Assembly (NCBI GenBank): GCA_021613535.1
Contig: CP075493.1
Location: 992,001-1,056,000, forward strand
DNA from: Adineta vaga
Lineage: Eukaryota > Animalia > Rotifera
Direction of reading: 5' to 3'
DNA length: 64,000 bases
Below are positions 50,615 through 63,790 of this stretch, in pieces. Position numbers and translations under genes: made by a program. Numbering within the stretch: position 1 is the stretch's first letter; each line of letters starts with the position of its first letter. The notes beneath the pieces are model-generated. The model searched no databases. It was given only the letters and a program-made list of their open reading frames with translations, and had not been told where the DNA came from.

Positions 50615-50933
50615 TACGATGGGAAAAGTGATGAAGTCGAATGTAGTATTTCGATTCTGAAGTCTTGTTTTTTTTTTTCTCCCTGGATTGTTATTATTCT
50701 CTTCACTCATTCATATCCTTTTCATTAACAAATTAGAAATATCTTGAAAAAGAATTTATGTCAAAATAAAACGACATCAATTAAAGCTTTTTTTTTTGAA
50801 TAAATTTGAAATGAAACAAATGTGAAAATAGTCATCTGATGAACATTTTTCGACCGTATACTTTCAAGGTAATGAGATTAGAAAAGATAGAGAAATATTT
50901 TCTATTTAAATAATAGAAGAATATAAAATGTAT

Positions 50934-52793
50934 TTAACGAATCCATAAATGAAAAAAATGTTGACAACAAGTATTTTTTGTTATTTTAATTGTAGATGGT
51001 AAAGAACTTTGTAGCCATGTGATAAGATTAATAGAATTTGTTGGTAATATTAGTTTATTATCATAAATTTTAAAAGTTAATAATCGCAGATGAATCATAT
51101 GATCAATAATATAAATTAAACATTGTCTATTTTTAAGTCCAATAGTAAGAATTTCACATTGTTTACCTAATGATGATTGACATAATTCAATACATTGTTT
51201 CATATTATAAAATATACTTTTATCTAATGGAAATTTAAGTTTACGTACTGATGAATTTTTAATATTAGTTAAAGAAAATATTGAATTTGAATAGATTATA
51301 TTCAATGTGTATAGATTAGGTATTTGATTAAGTAAATTTTGTAGTTTAGATTGATTTTGATTATTAGAATTAGAAGATAATAGAATATTAAGTGTAATTA
51401 TTTTATGAAGATTATTTAATAAAGAATTACAAAAATATTTTTGTAATGGAAATTCAATAGAAATTTCATTATTTGATGATATAGTTAATTCTTCTTCTTC
51501 TCTTATTTCATTTGTATTCCACTGAAATATTTGATTAATTCTTTGACAAAAAGAAAGAGATTTTTGTGAAGTAATTTGATAATTTTGATTTAATTGTTGA
51601 GAATTTGATAATTTTATTAAAAACATATCGAAAGAATCCAATTGATAAAAATCATTTTCATGAATAGAATTTGATCCTGACCAAATATAATTCTTAATAG
51701 TAATTGAATGAATAAATCTATAAGATAAAGTATGATATATAATTGAATACTTCTCATTATTTTCTTCATTTAAATAACATCGAATAAACCATTGATGATC
51801 TTCAATCCAAAATTGATTTTCAAATGAACGCATAAAACTATTTATTTGATTTTTTATATCATTTGAATTAGTTATATAAAGACCCATTGCACATTGAAAT
51901 GTTTTTAAATAAGGTAAATAATTCATAGTAAGATTTTTCAATTGATAACCATGCATAAATATTGATAATGATTCAATTTTTAAATGACGTAAATTAATTA
52001 AATTCTGTAATAAAATTTCAAGTGTATTTGTTCAATTTGTTGCAGAATAAGTACATGACCATCTATCAATAAATTCAAATTTAATTAATGATGAATAAAT
52101 TTGTGTTAAATTACTTATATCTTGAATAAATGAATATATATGAAGAGATTGAAGATTAGGTGTTTTTTCTAATAAATTTTCTAATGAATATTTATCATCT
52201 AAATAACATTGAAACGAAAGATTTTGAAGAGATAAAGATTTTATTGATGGTATGAAACATTGATATTCTTCACAAGATTTTGTTTTAATATAACAATGAA
52301 TTAATTTTGTTAAATTCCATATTTGATTAATTAAAGAAAGTTTATTATGTTTAAATGGAAAACAACAATCAATGAAATAAATCTTTTCAAGATTAGAAAG
52401 ATTATCTAATTCACATCCAATTTCTAACATTATTTTTTGAGAATGAATATTTGATAATGAAAGAGATTTTAAATTAATTAAATTACTAAAACGAAAATAA
52501 TCAGAACGAAATAATTCACTTTGAAATGGAAATTCATTATTTGATAGATAAAGTGATGTGATTTGTTTAACAATTTTTAATAATTCTAATTGAATTTTTT
52601 TATTAAAATTATTTAATAACATTAAACGAAGATCAACATGATGAATAATTTCTAAATAATTATAAATTAATTGATTAAAACGAGAATTTAATAAATGAAA
52701 TAAATTTATAATTTCACTTAAATTCAAATATTCAAATAAATCAAAGAATATTTCATTGGCTAAATCTTCAAATTTCGTTAACATTTTTTCCAT
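50934..52793 (-). pseudogene. F-box plus degenerate LRR protein with a single in-frame TGA at 52032-52034
   Basis: KFEDLANEIFFDLFEYL..F..LNSRF (F-box); LxxLxxL repeats; ...YSATN*TNTLEILLQNLINLRHLKI...MHG is in frame with ORF 50934..51956. Confidence 0.8.
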
Positions 52794-54065
52794 TGAAATA
52801 TTTAATGAATGAATCAATTAGAATAACAAAAATACGTATTTTGTGAAACATCATCTGAAAAAGAGTGTTAAACGATAAAAATTTGGACCCCCCACAGACT
52901 AGCTAAATTACCTCGCTCACTATCAATAAAAATAGATCTATTGTGTTTCACACTTTTAATCTCGCTATAGGAATTACGCTGAAAGTTTTTTTTCTTTTAT
53001 TAATCAATCAAATATTGAATTATGATTATTTTTATGACTACATACGTGATTTTGTAAGTATTGAAACATGTCAGCAGATAATATTTAGATTTATTTATCA
53101 TAGACATATGTCTTTTTGATTATTTATTGTTTTCTCTGAATATGATTGAATTTGATAAATCTTTTCATGAGACTTTTTTTTAATCATATTTGAAAAAATC
53201 ATTTAATTTAATTTATTCAATAGTTTTGACAAATAACAATAAAAATTCATTAAACTTTTTTACTAGAGAATATTTACATTTCTTCAAATGGTTCTTCGCT
53301 TTGTACTTAAAGTTGGTGTTGTTATCCTTCATTATTCTCTCACTTTGTTCGTGCGATATATTCACACGTGTTTTTTCCTTTCTTTCTTTTGTTTTGATAT
53401 TAATTCGCACAACTAAGATCGTATGATCACAATTTTTAAGCAAATACAAAAACAAAAAAAGTATTTTGAAATGTATTATGCATACAGAATTCTTTTAAAC
53501 ATTAAATTAATTAAAATTAGAATCTTTTTCTGGATAGAAATCAGTTTATTCTCTCTCAGTTTAGTGCGTAATAAAAGACAGAAATAACAAAATACGTTTG
53601 ATCACAACAATGTGTAAAAAGGATTATTATCAAATACGATATGTGTATTACGTTATAGTGAGATATAAATACCTTGAAACAATAATCGTACAGAAGAATG
53701 AATAAAGTACGATGAAAACATGTGTATTTTGTGAGAAAACGATAAGAACAAATTTTTGACGAATACTCTGCGCATAAAGACTATTTGGTTATATTATTTT
53801 CATTATTGTTATATTTCCACGAATGGGAAATTTATTACGAAAACAGGTAAATTCATTAAATAAAATTTCTTAGGTTTGAAATAAGATTAGACAATTTTTT
53901 TTGTAAACTGGAAAGATGAGTACATCAGTATAATCATTTCACTTTCTATGTTATGGATTTTATTTCTGATCTGATGATTTAGAAATGAAGACGTGTTAAT
54001 GATGAATCTATAACTTTTTTTGAACCGGAGAAGAGTCTATTGAAGAGAAGTATGTTTTCGTTTAG

Positions 54066-54968
54066 ATGATACCTTCCTCAACAAGTTTACAACCTGAATT
54101 ACCACCTGATACTAAACCATTGCAACATCAAGTTGCTGGACATGTCTTTGGAAAATCAAAGACAAAATTTGGTATATTACAACGATGTTCGACTGGTGAT
54201 ATTCTTAAGCCAATTGTTGATGAACGAGGTCTACGTGAAGAACAATTTTATAGAGATGTGTTTTCCGAGCAAGCATCAGAGAATTTGCGTGCATTTCGAC
54301 CGTTTATTAGTAAATTCTTCGGAACATATGAATACGGTGGAGTCAACTATATGATCTTAGAAAATATTATTCATCCATTCGTGCATCCATGTGTTGCAGA
54401 TATTAAAATTGGTCGAATCACCTATGATGCAGGAGCCAGCAAGGAAAAAATCGAAGAGTATCGCCGAAAATTCCCTGCATTGGCTGATATTGGATTTCAA
54501 CTTCTTGGATGGCAAGTTTATCGTCCTGCCGACAATTCTTATGAATATCACGATAAAGTATGTGGACGATCATTAACCAAAGAAGAAATGCCTCATGCCA
54601 TAGCACACTTCTATGGTGCTCCTCTAGAGACTTATCGCGAAATTGTACGATCAGTACTTAAACATCTAATTGCTGTGGAACAGATTATGGCGAAACAATG
54701 TGATCTGACTTTCATTGCAACCTCTCTACTAATTGTATATGAAGGTCAGAAAAGCGCACAGAACGAATCACAACACCAAGAGAGAAGAATAGATGTTCGT
54801 CTAGTCGATTTTGCTCATGTTTCTAAGCATGAAGAAGGTGTCGAGACGGGCCAAGTAGATGAAAATTTTCTTTCTGGTTTGCGCAATTATATGAACGACC
54901 TACGAAAAGTACTCGACGACACATATGTGTATGTGCCCATCGATAAACTAAATCGATCTATGCACTAA
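54066..54968 (+). CDS. IPMK: Inositol polyphosphate multikinase (IPK family)
   Basis: HQVAGH, E..FY, LEN, PCVADIKIG (PxxxDxKxG), TSLLIVY, VDFAH, DENFL.GL. Confidence 0.92.
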   Translation: MIPSSTSLQPELPPDTKPLQHQVAGHVFGKSKTKFGILQRCSTGDILKPIVDERGLREEQFYRDVFSEQASENLRAFRPFISKFFGTYEYGGVNYMILENIIHPFVHPCVADIKIGRITYDAGASKEKIEEYRRKFPALADIGFQLLGWQVYRPADNSYEYHDKVCGRSLTKEEMPHAIAHFYGAPLETYREIVRSVLKHLIAVEQIMAKQCDLTFIATSLLIVYEGQKSAQNESQHQERRIDVRLVDFAHVSKHEEGVETGQVDENFLSGLRNYMNDLRKVLDDTYVYVPIDKLNRSMH

Positions 54969-54976
54969 ATGAAATT

Positions 54977-55027
54977 GTTGGAGTGGGTGTGAATGTTAGA
55001 TAGATGTAGTACTCACAACCATCCTTT
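54977..55027 (+). repeat. Telomere-type fold-back element copy with GTAGTACT core, just 3' of the IPMK stop
   Basis: TTGGAGTGGGTGTGAATGTTAGATAGATGTAGTACTCACAACCATCCTT. Confidence 0.65.
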
Positions 55028-55882
55028 TATTATATAATTTGTTACTAAATAATTATTCTTATCTTCTGTTCCTTCTCGCTATTTTATTACTTTCATGCCA
55101 AAGTATTTCATGATAAGGACAATCAAAGTAAACTGAATATAAAATGAAAGGAGAAATTTCTATGAATTTTTAGAATTTATTCATTAATAACTATGAAAGA
55201 GAGAGATACTTGTAGCTTTTATTGAACTTTGAATTGGTTGTCGTTCTGTTAAATATGGTTCTACACATAACTAAAAGAAAACGATATTTTATTCAATTAT
55301 TTGAAATCTAAATCATTTACTATTACTTCATAATCATTATAAAATTCTATGCTCCATTTTGAACAATGATGTATTGTTTGTGAATTCATTAATTGATTTG
55401 AAAAAATTATTCTACAAGTAATTGAAGATTTCCATGTATTTTGTCAATTTCAGAAGTAAAACGAGTAGAGATACATATAGTGATATACAAAATCTAAATG
55501 AAAAGTAGATATTATAGTCAAACCTTTGGTTAAACTATCAGAATTATTTTTCTATGACAAAGCAAAGATACGAATGAAACAAATCTAATCAGTAAAATTT
55601 GATGATGATAGATTTTTACTTTTCAAGAATTATTCTAAACACAAATGAATAGATTCGACTTTTAACGATTAACTTTGATATTTAAGTCATTTCAAATTCC
55701 GTTAATTCTTGCAAATAAAACAAAAAAATATCTGATATTATGTCTGAAAATGGTTGAATTTTGCTGGAGGGACATGGTCGATTTGTGAAAATCATTCAAG
55801 TTTTTCATTGATTTATTTCAGTTTAGAAAATTTCAACAAAAATTCATATTTTTTGAATACGGGGAATGGTCTGAAACTAAGC

Positions 55883-56756
55883 TTACAATATAAAGATACA
55901 TATTAATATAAAGATAAAAATCAAATTTTCATAATGATCGAAATGTTTTCTAAAAATAAATCCCAATGGAAATAAAGAAACAATTAAAGTAATAATAAAT
56001 ATTCCTAAAATTAGAAAGAAATGATTAAACAGAATTAATTTTCTTGTTTGAAGATTTATTAACGAAATGAAATCTGAATCAATTTCATATGTTACATAAT
56101 TTGATAATAATGATGAATAAATTGAATTACTATTGAAACTGTCCATTATTTGTACATTGATCTGTTTTTATATTCCATATTCCTTCAAATTGATCATTTA
56201 TTTCATTCCATATTAATTTCATTTTAACTTTATAATCTAAGTTTTTGTCATTATTTTTCGTAGTTTTTCGATATCTTCTTATTAAAACCATTCGCTTTGA
56301 TTGATTTGAATAATTTCCATTTATATCAAATCTTCCAATATCATCTGATCCTGCTCCTCTTATTTTCATTGTTGACGAAGAGAATATAAGTGGAAATTGA
56401 AAAGATCCATGCCAACATGCATTTCCATAAAATTGACTTATCCAAATACCAGATGAAAAAGGATTTCTATTCGATGTTAATAGTCCAACATTTTCATTAA
56501 GAAATTCCTCGTCATCAGAGGATATATTTGGATTCGTCCAAGAATCCGTGCAGCCTCTGAATAAATACATGAATAAACACATAGCGACAATTATAAAACC
56601 AATGAATGCAACATCAGATTCATACTTTTGAGTATCATAACTTTCCGTTCGACGATAAATACCACCACTACGACCACCTTTACATTGAACAAGAATACCA
56701 AAACAAATAATAAACAGAAGTATATGATAAATGAATTTCATAGAAAATATCTTCAT
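55883..56756 (-). CDS. Unknown membrane protein (signal/TM plus beta-rich GSDDIGRF..G domain); probable frameshift near 56130 to a TM-bearing tail
   Basis: 208-aa ORF with signal peptide, a TM segment and PFSSGIW..GAGSDDIGRFDINGNYS..FEGIW; overlapping 87-aa ORF in another frame with two hydrophobic segments. Confidence 0.55.
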
Positions 56757-57178
56757 TATGGATTAATCCCAAATTTGATCGAAAACATTAAAAAAAAGAG
56801 TGCAAAAGATTTCTGTTGTCTTCACTTTTCATTCTCTATATTTCTGGCTATCAATACTTGTATCGTTCGATATTATTAGCGAAAATCTCATTCTATAAAT
56901 GATTACTTATGATAAGAAAACGATTGTTTACCTTATTTCTAATGATTGTACGAGGCGAATATTGTCATTGTTGCGGTATCTTATTCTTTGTTTTTATATT
57001 ATAGCTAAGTGAGAGAATAGGAGATTTATCATTATTCATCTAATCAGACATATGTCATGTAGGTGGAAAAAGAGTATTGACATTTATTTTTGACATATAA
57101 GGAAAACAAATATATAGTGTTATACATATTGCACATGTGTCGATGATTATTCAATAGATCTTATTCTTTGATTATTTA

Positions 57179-57243
57179 TTGATGGATGTGGGCGTGTGGA
57201 TAAGTACTACTTTTATGCAACACTCAGCCACACCCACACCCAT
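57179..57243 (-). repeat. Telomere-type fold-back element copy with GTAGTACT core (reverse orientation)
   Basis: Reverse complement: GGGTGTGGGTGTGGCTGAGTGTTGCATAAAAGTAGTACTTATCCACACGCCCACATCCATCAA. Confidence 0.8.
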
Positions 57244-57774
57244 GTATTTGGTGCGGTATCCATGGCCATCTACAGTTTTCAAAGATATTCTTCAAACTCA
57301 AAGATATAAAACAGTTCGAAAATTCAAAAGTCGTGGTCTTTTATTTTGTTCGGAATTCAAAGAAAATTGAAGAAAACCATAGAACCGGAAGGGAATAGGT
57401 CCTCTCCTTGTCATTATTTTTCGATTGTATTCTTCCAAATTTTCGGCTGACTCGTCACAGTTATTTTTCTTTTATGTTTCGTATCGATATAAACACATGA
57501 ATCATTTGATCAATATGTTGCACTAGTGACACAAAAGAAGAAATGACAATAGTATTCATTTAAAAGGGTAAAATATCTCTCTTCCTTCACACTCTCACTC
57601 TTACATACCCACGCCACCCATCCTCAAAATTTATTCTTTAATAAAAGATTATTGATTATTTTTTATCAATTAATGATCAAGATCATCAGTTGAATCTTGA
57701 TATGATTCAAGTAAATGTATATTACATTTAAGATTTTGAATATAAATATCCCTTGCTCGTTCCTTTTCACTTCC

Positions 57775-57970
57775 TTAGCAGCAGCAAACTTTGTTTCCAA
57801 TTCAACAACAACCAACACCTTCTCCACAATGATCCAAACATTTTTTGTCCCTGAACACTCCCAACATCTTCCTTCACAAAATGGATCGTTTCCTTTGTCG
57901 TCTATAATATCATATCGAGATGTGTCCTGCTCGAGTTCAGCTGGCTGAGCAACGACCATAACTAGATGCT
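57775..57970 (-). pseudogene. Possible disrupted Cys-rich (defensin-like) prepropeptide exon
   Basis: After acceptor TTTTCAG: HLVMVVAQPAELEQDTSRYDIIDDKGNDPFCEGRCWECSGTK then, with a frameshift in an A run, KCLDHCGEGVGCC*IGNKVCCC*. Confidence 0.4.
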
Positions 57971-58631
57971 GAAAAATATAAATATTGTCATATATTCAAT
58001 CTTACTCGTTCGTTTTATTATCAAAAAATCGGTAAGGTGGAAGACACACTATACAAATTAAAACAAAACTACGAAATGTGATTGGTATTTCGAACTATAG
58101 CAACACCAATCATATTTCTTAATTTCGTTCTAATTTTTACAGTGTGTTGTTAGCCTAAGGCCTCAGACACAAAATTAACTGATCAAAATACGTTTCAATA
58201 TGTAAAGCGAAGTCAATCTATAATCCTTGTTACGTTAATATAAAGAGAAATTCTCAAAGTCACGTTTTTTTAAATGCTAATACAGCGTTGATAAGATTAT
58301 TGTTTCTTCAAACTCTTTCATTCCAAGATCAATCCTTGATGAATAAAACAAAATGTACATCAATAATACAATGACAATACAATGACAATAAGTATTTATC
58401 TTTTTTAAAAGATTGATTTAACTAACTTCGAACTAAATTTATTAAACAAAGATAAAGAAAGATTACTCTTCTGGTTATTTTTTCAATCAACATTTTTTCT
58501 TTCCTTTTCGAGTCATATCGCCAACATTACCCGTCGATAATATTCATTAACGTGCACGGACTTAATGTCGACATGCCTATTATGTATCGATATATAAACT
58601 GAACGTATTCTTCAATTAATCTAAACTGAAA

Positions 58632-59459
58632 ATGTTAGACAAAATAGCCAAGCAAAGTTTAAATAAATATCACTCCTTTTGGTTACGAATTTCTGCTGCT
58701 TCTTTACTTGTCATAGTCACGTGGATATGGAGAAATAATACATCTGGGTAGGTTTTACAACACTGAATGACTTTTTCTGGCTTATTGATAATGACATACA
58801 TATAATATAAGACCGTCTGCTATGATGGATTCTTTCTTCGCTAGCAGCGAAAAGATGATCGAACTTAAAAAGTTTATTGAATTTTAATTTATTGTTTTAG
58901 ATTATCGCTATGGTGCAATCAGTTGGCATGTATTGTTTTAGTTTGCACTTATATATCTGTGTTTTGGAAATTGGAAGACAGCATCTATTATTCATCATTT
59001 CATCCATTGTTTCTGGGTGCTTATGTTTGGCATATTGGTTGTTTTGTTCTGACCGCTTATCTTTGGGATATTGATTGGTCTGTTCTGGATTATGTTTCTA
59101 TAGATTTATGTCATGATATTTTACATAAGTTGATCTATTTACCTTGGTGGTCAACGTGTTCATATGGATGGGTGATTGCTCGTGATGGTCCAATGATTTT
59201 TATAAGTATTTGTGCTTTACTTGGTGTTAGATATGTATGGTTTATTGATGAATCAACTGCATATCAATCACTGACAGTTTGGTATAATGATTCACGACGA
59301 GATTTTGTTCCATCGAAATACACACCAGGACGACAATGGCGACGCAGAAGAATGGATAAATTTCACTGTATGATTCGTCGATTTATCGTCGTTAAGGGAA
59401 TTTATACTGAACGTGAAACTGTTCAATATTTACGACGACATCTCATGGGAAGAATTTGA
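58632..59459 (+). CDS. Unknown Trp-rich multi-pass membrane protein (exon structure uncertain)
   Basis: Upstream exon MLDKIAK..WLRISAASLLVIVTWIW and 178-aa ORF 58923..59459 with several TM segments and a basic tail. Confidence 0.45.
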
Positions 59460-61567
59460 TTCATTATAATCTAAATAAAAAAAAAGCTATACTCTTTTAC
59501 TCTTTACATTTCTGTATCTTTGACATATAAAACGATTATAGTAATAATTCACTATACTGATGAATCTTCACATTTATCTATCAGTTAAATGAATATTTCT
59601 TTGATAAAACACTTTAAAAAGTCTTCTTATGGCTATCGAGATGATTTGGAATAATTCTTTGAATAGTTTTGATTATATTTTGAAACAAAGAATCGAAAAG
59701 AAAATATTCTACATTGAATGATTAATAAATCTATATGTTAATTAACATCAATGATAATCTTCGTTGTGATGGAAAATGAATAATCTACCAGGTTTCTCGT
59801 ATGAAAAATTGTTATTGAATGCGAGAAAAATTAAATCAATTGTTTGATGATAGGGAATAATCATTTGACTTAAACGGAATGTTGATGATGTTCATTTTTA
59901 ACGATCGAATTAAAAAATCTTTGTTATTTTACTTGTGAAAAGAAAAGAAAACAAGTGCTTTGAGATAATGTAGTTATACACGTGTTATTACATGATAACA
60001 CATCGAAGCAAATACTGTTCTATAAATGTACATATATGTAGATGTTTTCTCTATAGGTATAATATAATTCGACGTGTACATTTTGTTTTTTTTCCGAAAT
60101 ATCTTTTCTTTCTGTCCACTTTCTTCGACAGATATATATATGTAATTGCGTGAAGTTGACATATTTCATTTAACAACATTCTACTTTCACGCTCATACTG
60201 AAATTATCTTTCTACAATCAAAGGTAGGACCATCTTCTATCTTATTTAACTGTAAAAATGCACGAAAACATTTCACTGAAAAACTTAGCTATCAGTATAG
60301 GCTAGCGACAATCATACGTACATTTATCAACTTATTGAGTGATCGTTTGAAAGGGTTAATACGTGAATAAACTAATATTTTAATTAAAATACAAATATAT
60401 TTTCTAAATAAATATTATTCATTGATTATTAGATATGATAATTTTCTCTAGCTATGTCAAAATCAATTGAAATATGTCTGCGTGAGATTGAGCACTTTTA
60501 TGATCACTATTCGGTCATCCTGCTATCACAGATGTAATGAAATTTTGTAAGATAGTTCAATAAATGACAAGAAAGAATATTGTTTTTCAGTTGTTTTTAA
60601 CGATATCTAGAGGAATGTAAATATAAATCGACTAGGAAGTCTTTCTCATTAGTTCTAGCTTAGAAGAAAGTTTCAGACAGTATTTGTTCACATTAACACG
60701 CAAGTAATTGTCTTAATTAGTTTGAAATTTAAAGAAAAACATCAACCTTTGTACACGATTAAATACAATATCGAATTTTAATTGAATATTGTTTTTCGTT
60801 GGTATGTTTAATCACCTTATTACATTCGCATAAAAATATCTGTGACGTCTTTGAATACAAAAACAGCATTGTGATTCCTTATCTTCAACGCCAAGGAAAA
60901 AAAGATTCACATCAACAACTCAAATTAAAATCTTTTTTTTTCTTTCGAAATTGAGCTTATACAATTCTTGATTATCCAAATTGAAATATGAGCTCGTTCA
61001 TTATTTTAATATCACTTTGATAAAACAGCAACCTTTTGAATGAAATTAGATTGTATAGTATATCGAAGTCGTAGAATCTGTATACATACCTATAGATTTA
61101 GAAGTGAACAAGTTGACTGAATATTAAATTGAATGACATCATAATATCATTCATTTTATCATGATAAGTTCTTCAAAGTAATTGATGCTAAATGTATCAT
61201 ATGTTGTAATTAAGAAAATCCTATTTTAAATTGAAATTTATGCAAAAATAAATACATCACAATGGATAATAGAAGAGTGACTGATCATAAACTATTAAAC
61301 TTGTATGAAGTACTTAATATTGTTGATCTTTTATATATGATCCGGGAAATTTCTCAAAAATACGTTTCTTTTATAAAGTTTGCACGTTTTTATTATGTTG
61401 ATTTGATTCTAAATGCGGATAAAATTTTGAGAATTGTATATAAAAAAATTAAATTGATTCAGCGATTTTGTGCAATGAAGGTTGAAAGCATCCTAATAAT
61501 TTGCATTTAATTTAGTATTAAATATAGTAAATAATAATTTAAAATTTTCTTTTCCAAAATTTAGTTC

Positions 61568-62257
61568 ATGGCTTCCAATTATGTTTTGCAAGCGATAAAA
61601 CAAGATTCAATTGAAAAACTTAAACACCAAATCTCGGTTCTTAAATATCAAAACTCAGCACTTAAAAAGCAAGTTGTCGATGCAAGATCGCAATCTGTTG
61701 CTAGAGAAACATATTTAGCACAGTTGCGGCAGCGAAGCCGACAGCGTCGACAAAACAAAAAACATCTGGTGTCTGCTCTGTATTGGATCCGAATTGGACA
61801 AGCTATTACAGCCATTCTTGCGATTATTCTTTTTCTTTATCTGGGTCCTCCTGCTTTCGTTTCGTCATCAATATTCGATGAACATCTCAAAGTGTTTCGT
61901 CATAACTGGACATGAAAAACTAATGATAAATTGTGTAGTTTCATTGCGGGTTGTGTGGGATTTTCAATATGTATACCTGCTCAAAAAACATTTCTAGCTC
62001 CACGACGTGTGTTCTATGGCACGGTGGTGTTTGGCATCAAACAAATTGCGGATATTTTTTTACCAAACTGGTGCATAATTCTTCTACCTATACTTGGTGT
62101 TTTTGTTCTTCATCTGTTGGATAAAGACCGGTTGCAACAGGTAAGACATCAGAGTAGAGAAATTGCACTAAAAGTATCCCAGTTCCATCAGCGACTTTTT
62201 AATGAAAATCATAAGTTCATTGAGAGACACGTGATTATAAACCCGAAAAAAGATTAA
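61568..62257 (+). pseudogene. Unknown coiled-coil plus TM protein with a single in-frame TGA at 61913-61915
   Basis: ORFs 61568..61915 and 61931..62257 share a frame: ...RHNWT*KTNDKLCSF... Confidence 0.55.
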
Positions 62258-63319
62258 GATATTTTCCAGTCGTAAACAGATGTTCGACAATACTAACGTA
62301 GTATTGTGGTCTTGATCTCGGTGGTGATGAAATTGGTCGTGGTAGCGGTAGTGGTAGATGTTTTGATTTTGTTATATTCCTATTCCCAACTGAAAGGTTT
62401 TAGAGAATTCTTTATAAGCAGGAAAAAACATTGTTATTAGTACACTTATTTGACGTTGACAAGTAGTTGTCAAAACTCTGACTATATGAGGAAGAAAATT
62501 CTGCATGTCACTTTTTATGTTGATGCCTTGATGAAAACATCTAATTAAACTTAAACGACAAGAAAATGAGATTGAATACTGACAATTATTAAACTTTTTT
62601 CAATGCATAGGATCTCTTGTGCTGTATTCCAATTCTATTCAATGTAGAAAAATAGTGTTAAAAATTTCAGTACACGAAGAAGGAGAGTCAGAGAGGTCTT
62701 GTATTATGTTAGTGAGTTTGGTAATCGATAATCGATTGAGAATAATTTAGTTATCTTTTCGATCGCTTTCGTAACGAATGCTGAAGAAACAAATATCGAC
62801 GCTGAACCGATTTTTTCATGTCTTGATTTGTGTAATAATACTGCTGTAAATAAATGAAAGATTGCTTCTTTGCCACATGGGAATCCACCCTATCACATTC
62901 ATTTGAATTCGCAGTTGTATTAATAGCTTAAATTAAGATTTTTATTTCTTCCTTTTAGATTCGCGTGGAGGAAAGGGGTGATCCCTTACCATGATCATTA
63001 TTTTCTATCTGATGAGCCAGCCTTTGCATTTTCTAGTCTTTCATTTCTTTTCAGAAACTTATTTGGTCTTTTCATCTTCTTGTTTTTGCTAGAAATTCAA
63101 CTTCATTTACTGTTTATGTAAAGTTGTCTCTTTGTTTTATTTACTTTTTTTATAAAAACTGACTGCTCATTTTATTCACTATATTCTTGATAGTAAGTTT
63201 ATGCTCATTTTGTTTTCTTTTCATCTTCCAAGATTCATTTTGTTTTTTTACTTTTCTTGATAAAAGATTCAGTCATTTAAATGTGATACCAACGTTCTTA
63301 TTTGTTATTAATTTTAGAT

Positions 63320-63790
63320 ATATTATGTCTTCAAGAAAATTTTATATAACTATAGCCATACTATACATTACCTATTGGATTAAACTTTTCAGTTATTTAT
63401 ATCGCAATTCTCAGTTATGGAATCCTTGTTCCATTATTTGTATGCATTTCTTTTAAACTAATTCAATATGTGAACGTGACAAAGAAACGGGTGACATCCG
63501 TAAATATTCTACTTCGTGCATAACAAGGATTAAGAATGATTCAACGTTTTGTTTTAATTATAACAATTTTTATGATATTTTGTTTTTCTTATTCAATCTT
63601 CCTAATTATGTCTATTTTTACTACTTTACGTGAACATTATATTCCAATTATTGCTGTATGTATTAATGCATTGATGTCACTTGTTTTGATTGCTTTACTT
63701 TATTCAACTGATCCACTCAAAGCAGCTTTTCTTAAAAGAACAATGAGACGACTTACAAAAGATCTATCCAGTATGTTGAAAATAAATTGA
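63320..63790 (+). pseudogene. GPCR C-terminal fragment (TM6-TM7), degraded
   Basis: LRMIQRFVLIITIFMIFCFSYSIFLIM..LLYSTDPLK resembles TM6/TM7-helix 8 of orphan GPCRs; upstream frames are broken. Confidence 0.55.

Larger units (their letters stand above)
49000..50640 (-). mobile_element. Solo LTR (family A) interrupted by the mariner element
   Basis: Reverse complement of 49000-49145 matches 24750-24877; AAAGAAAGAAAAC..CACGT continues after the mariner as ..GTGATGAAGT, compare the 5' end of the family A copy. Confidence 0.65.

Noticed and set aside
15512-62257. Alternative genetic code or systematic stop-codon reassignment to explain in-frame TAA/TGA
   Set aside because: TGA, TAA and TAG all terminate clearly complete proteins here (SDR and tautomerase TGA, Argonaute TAA, DGAT2 TAG), and frameshifts co-occur.
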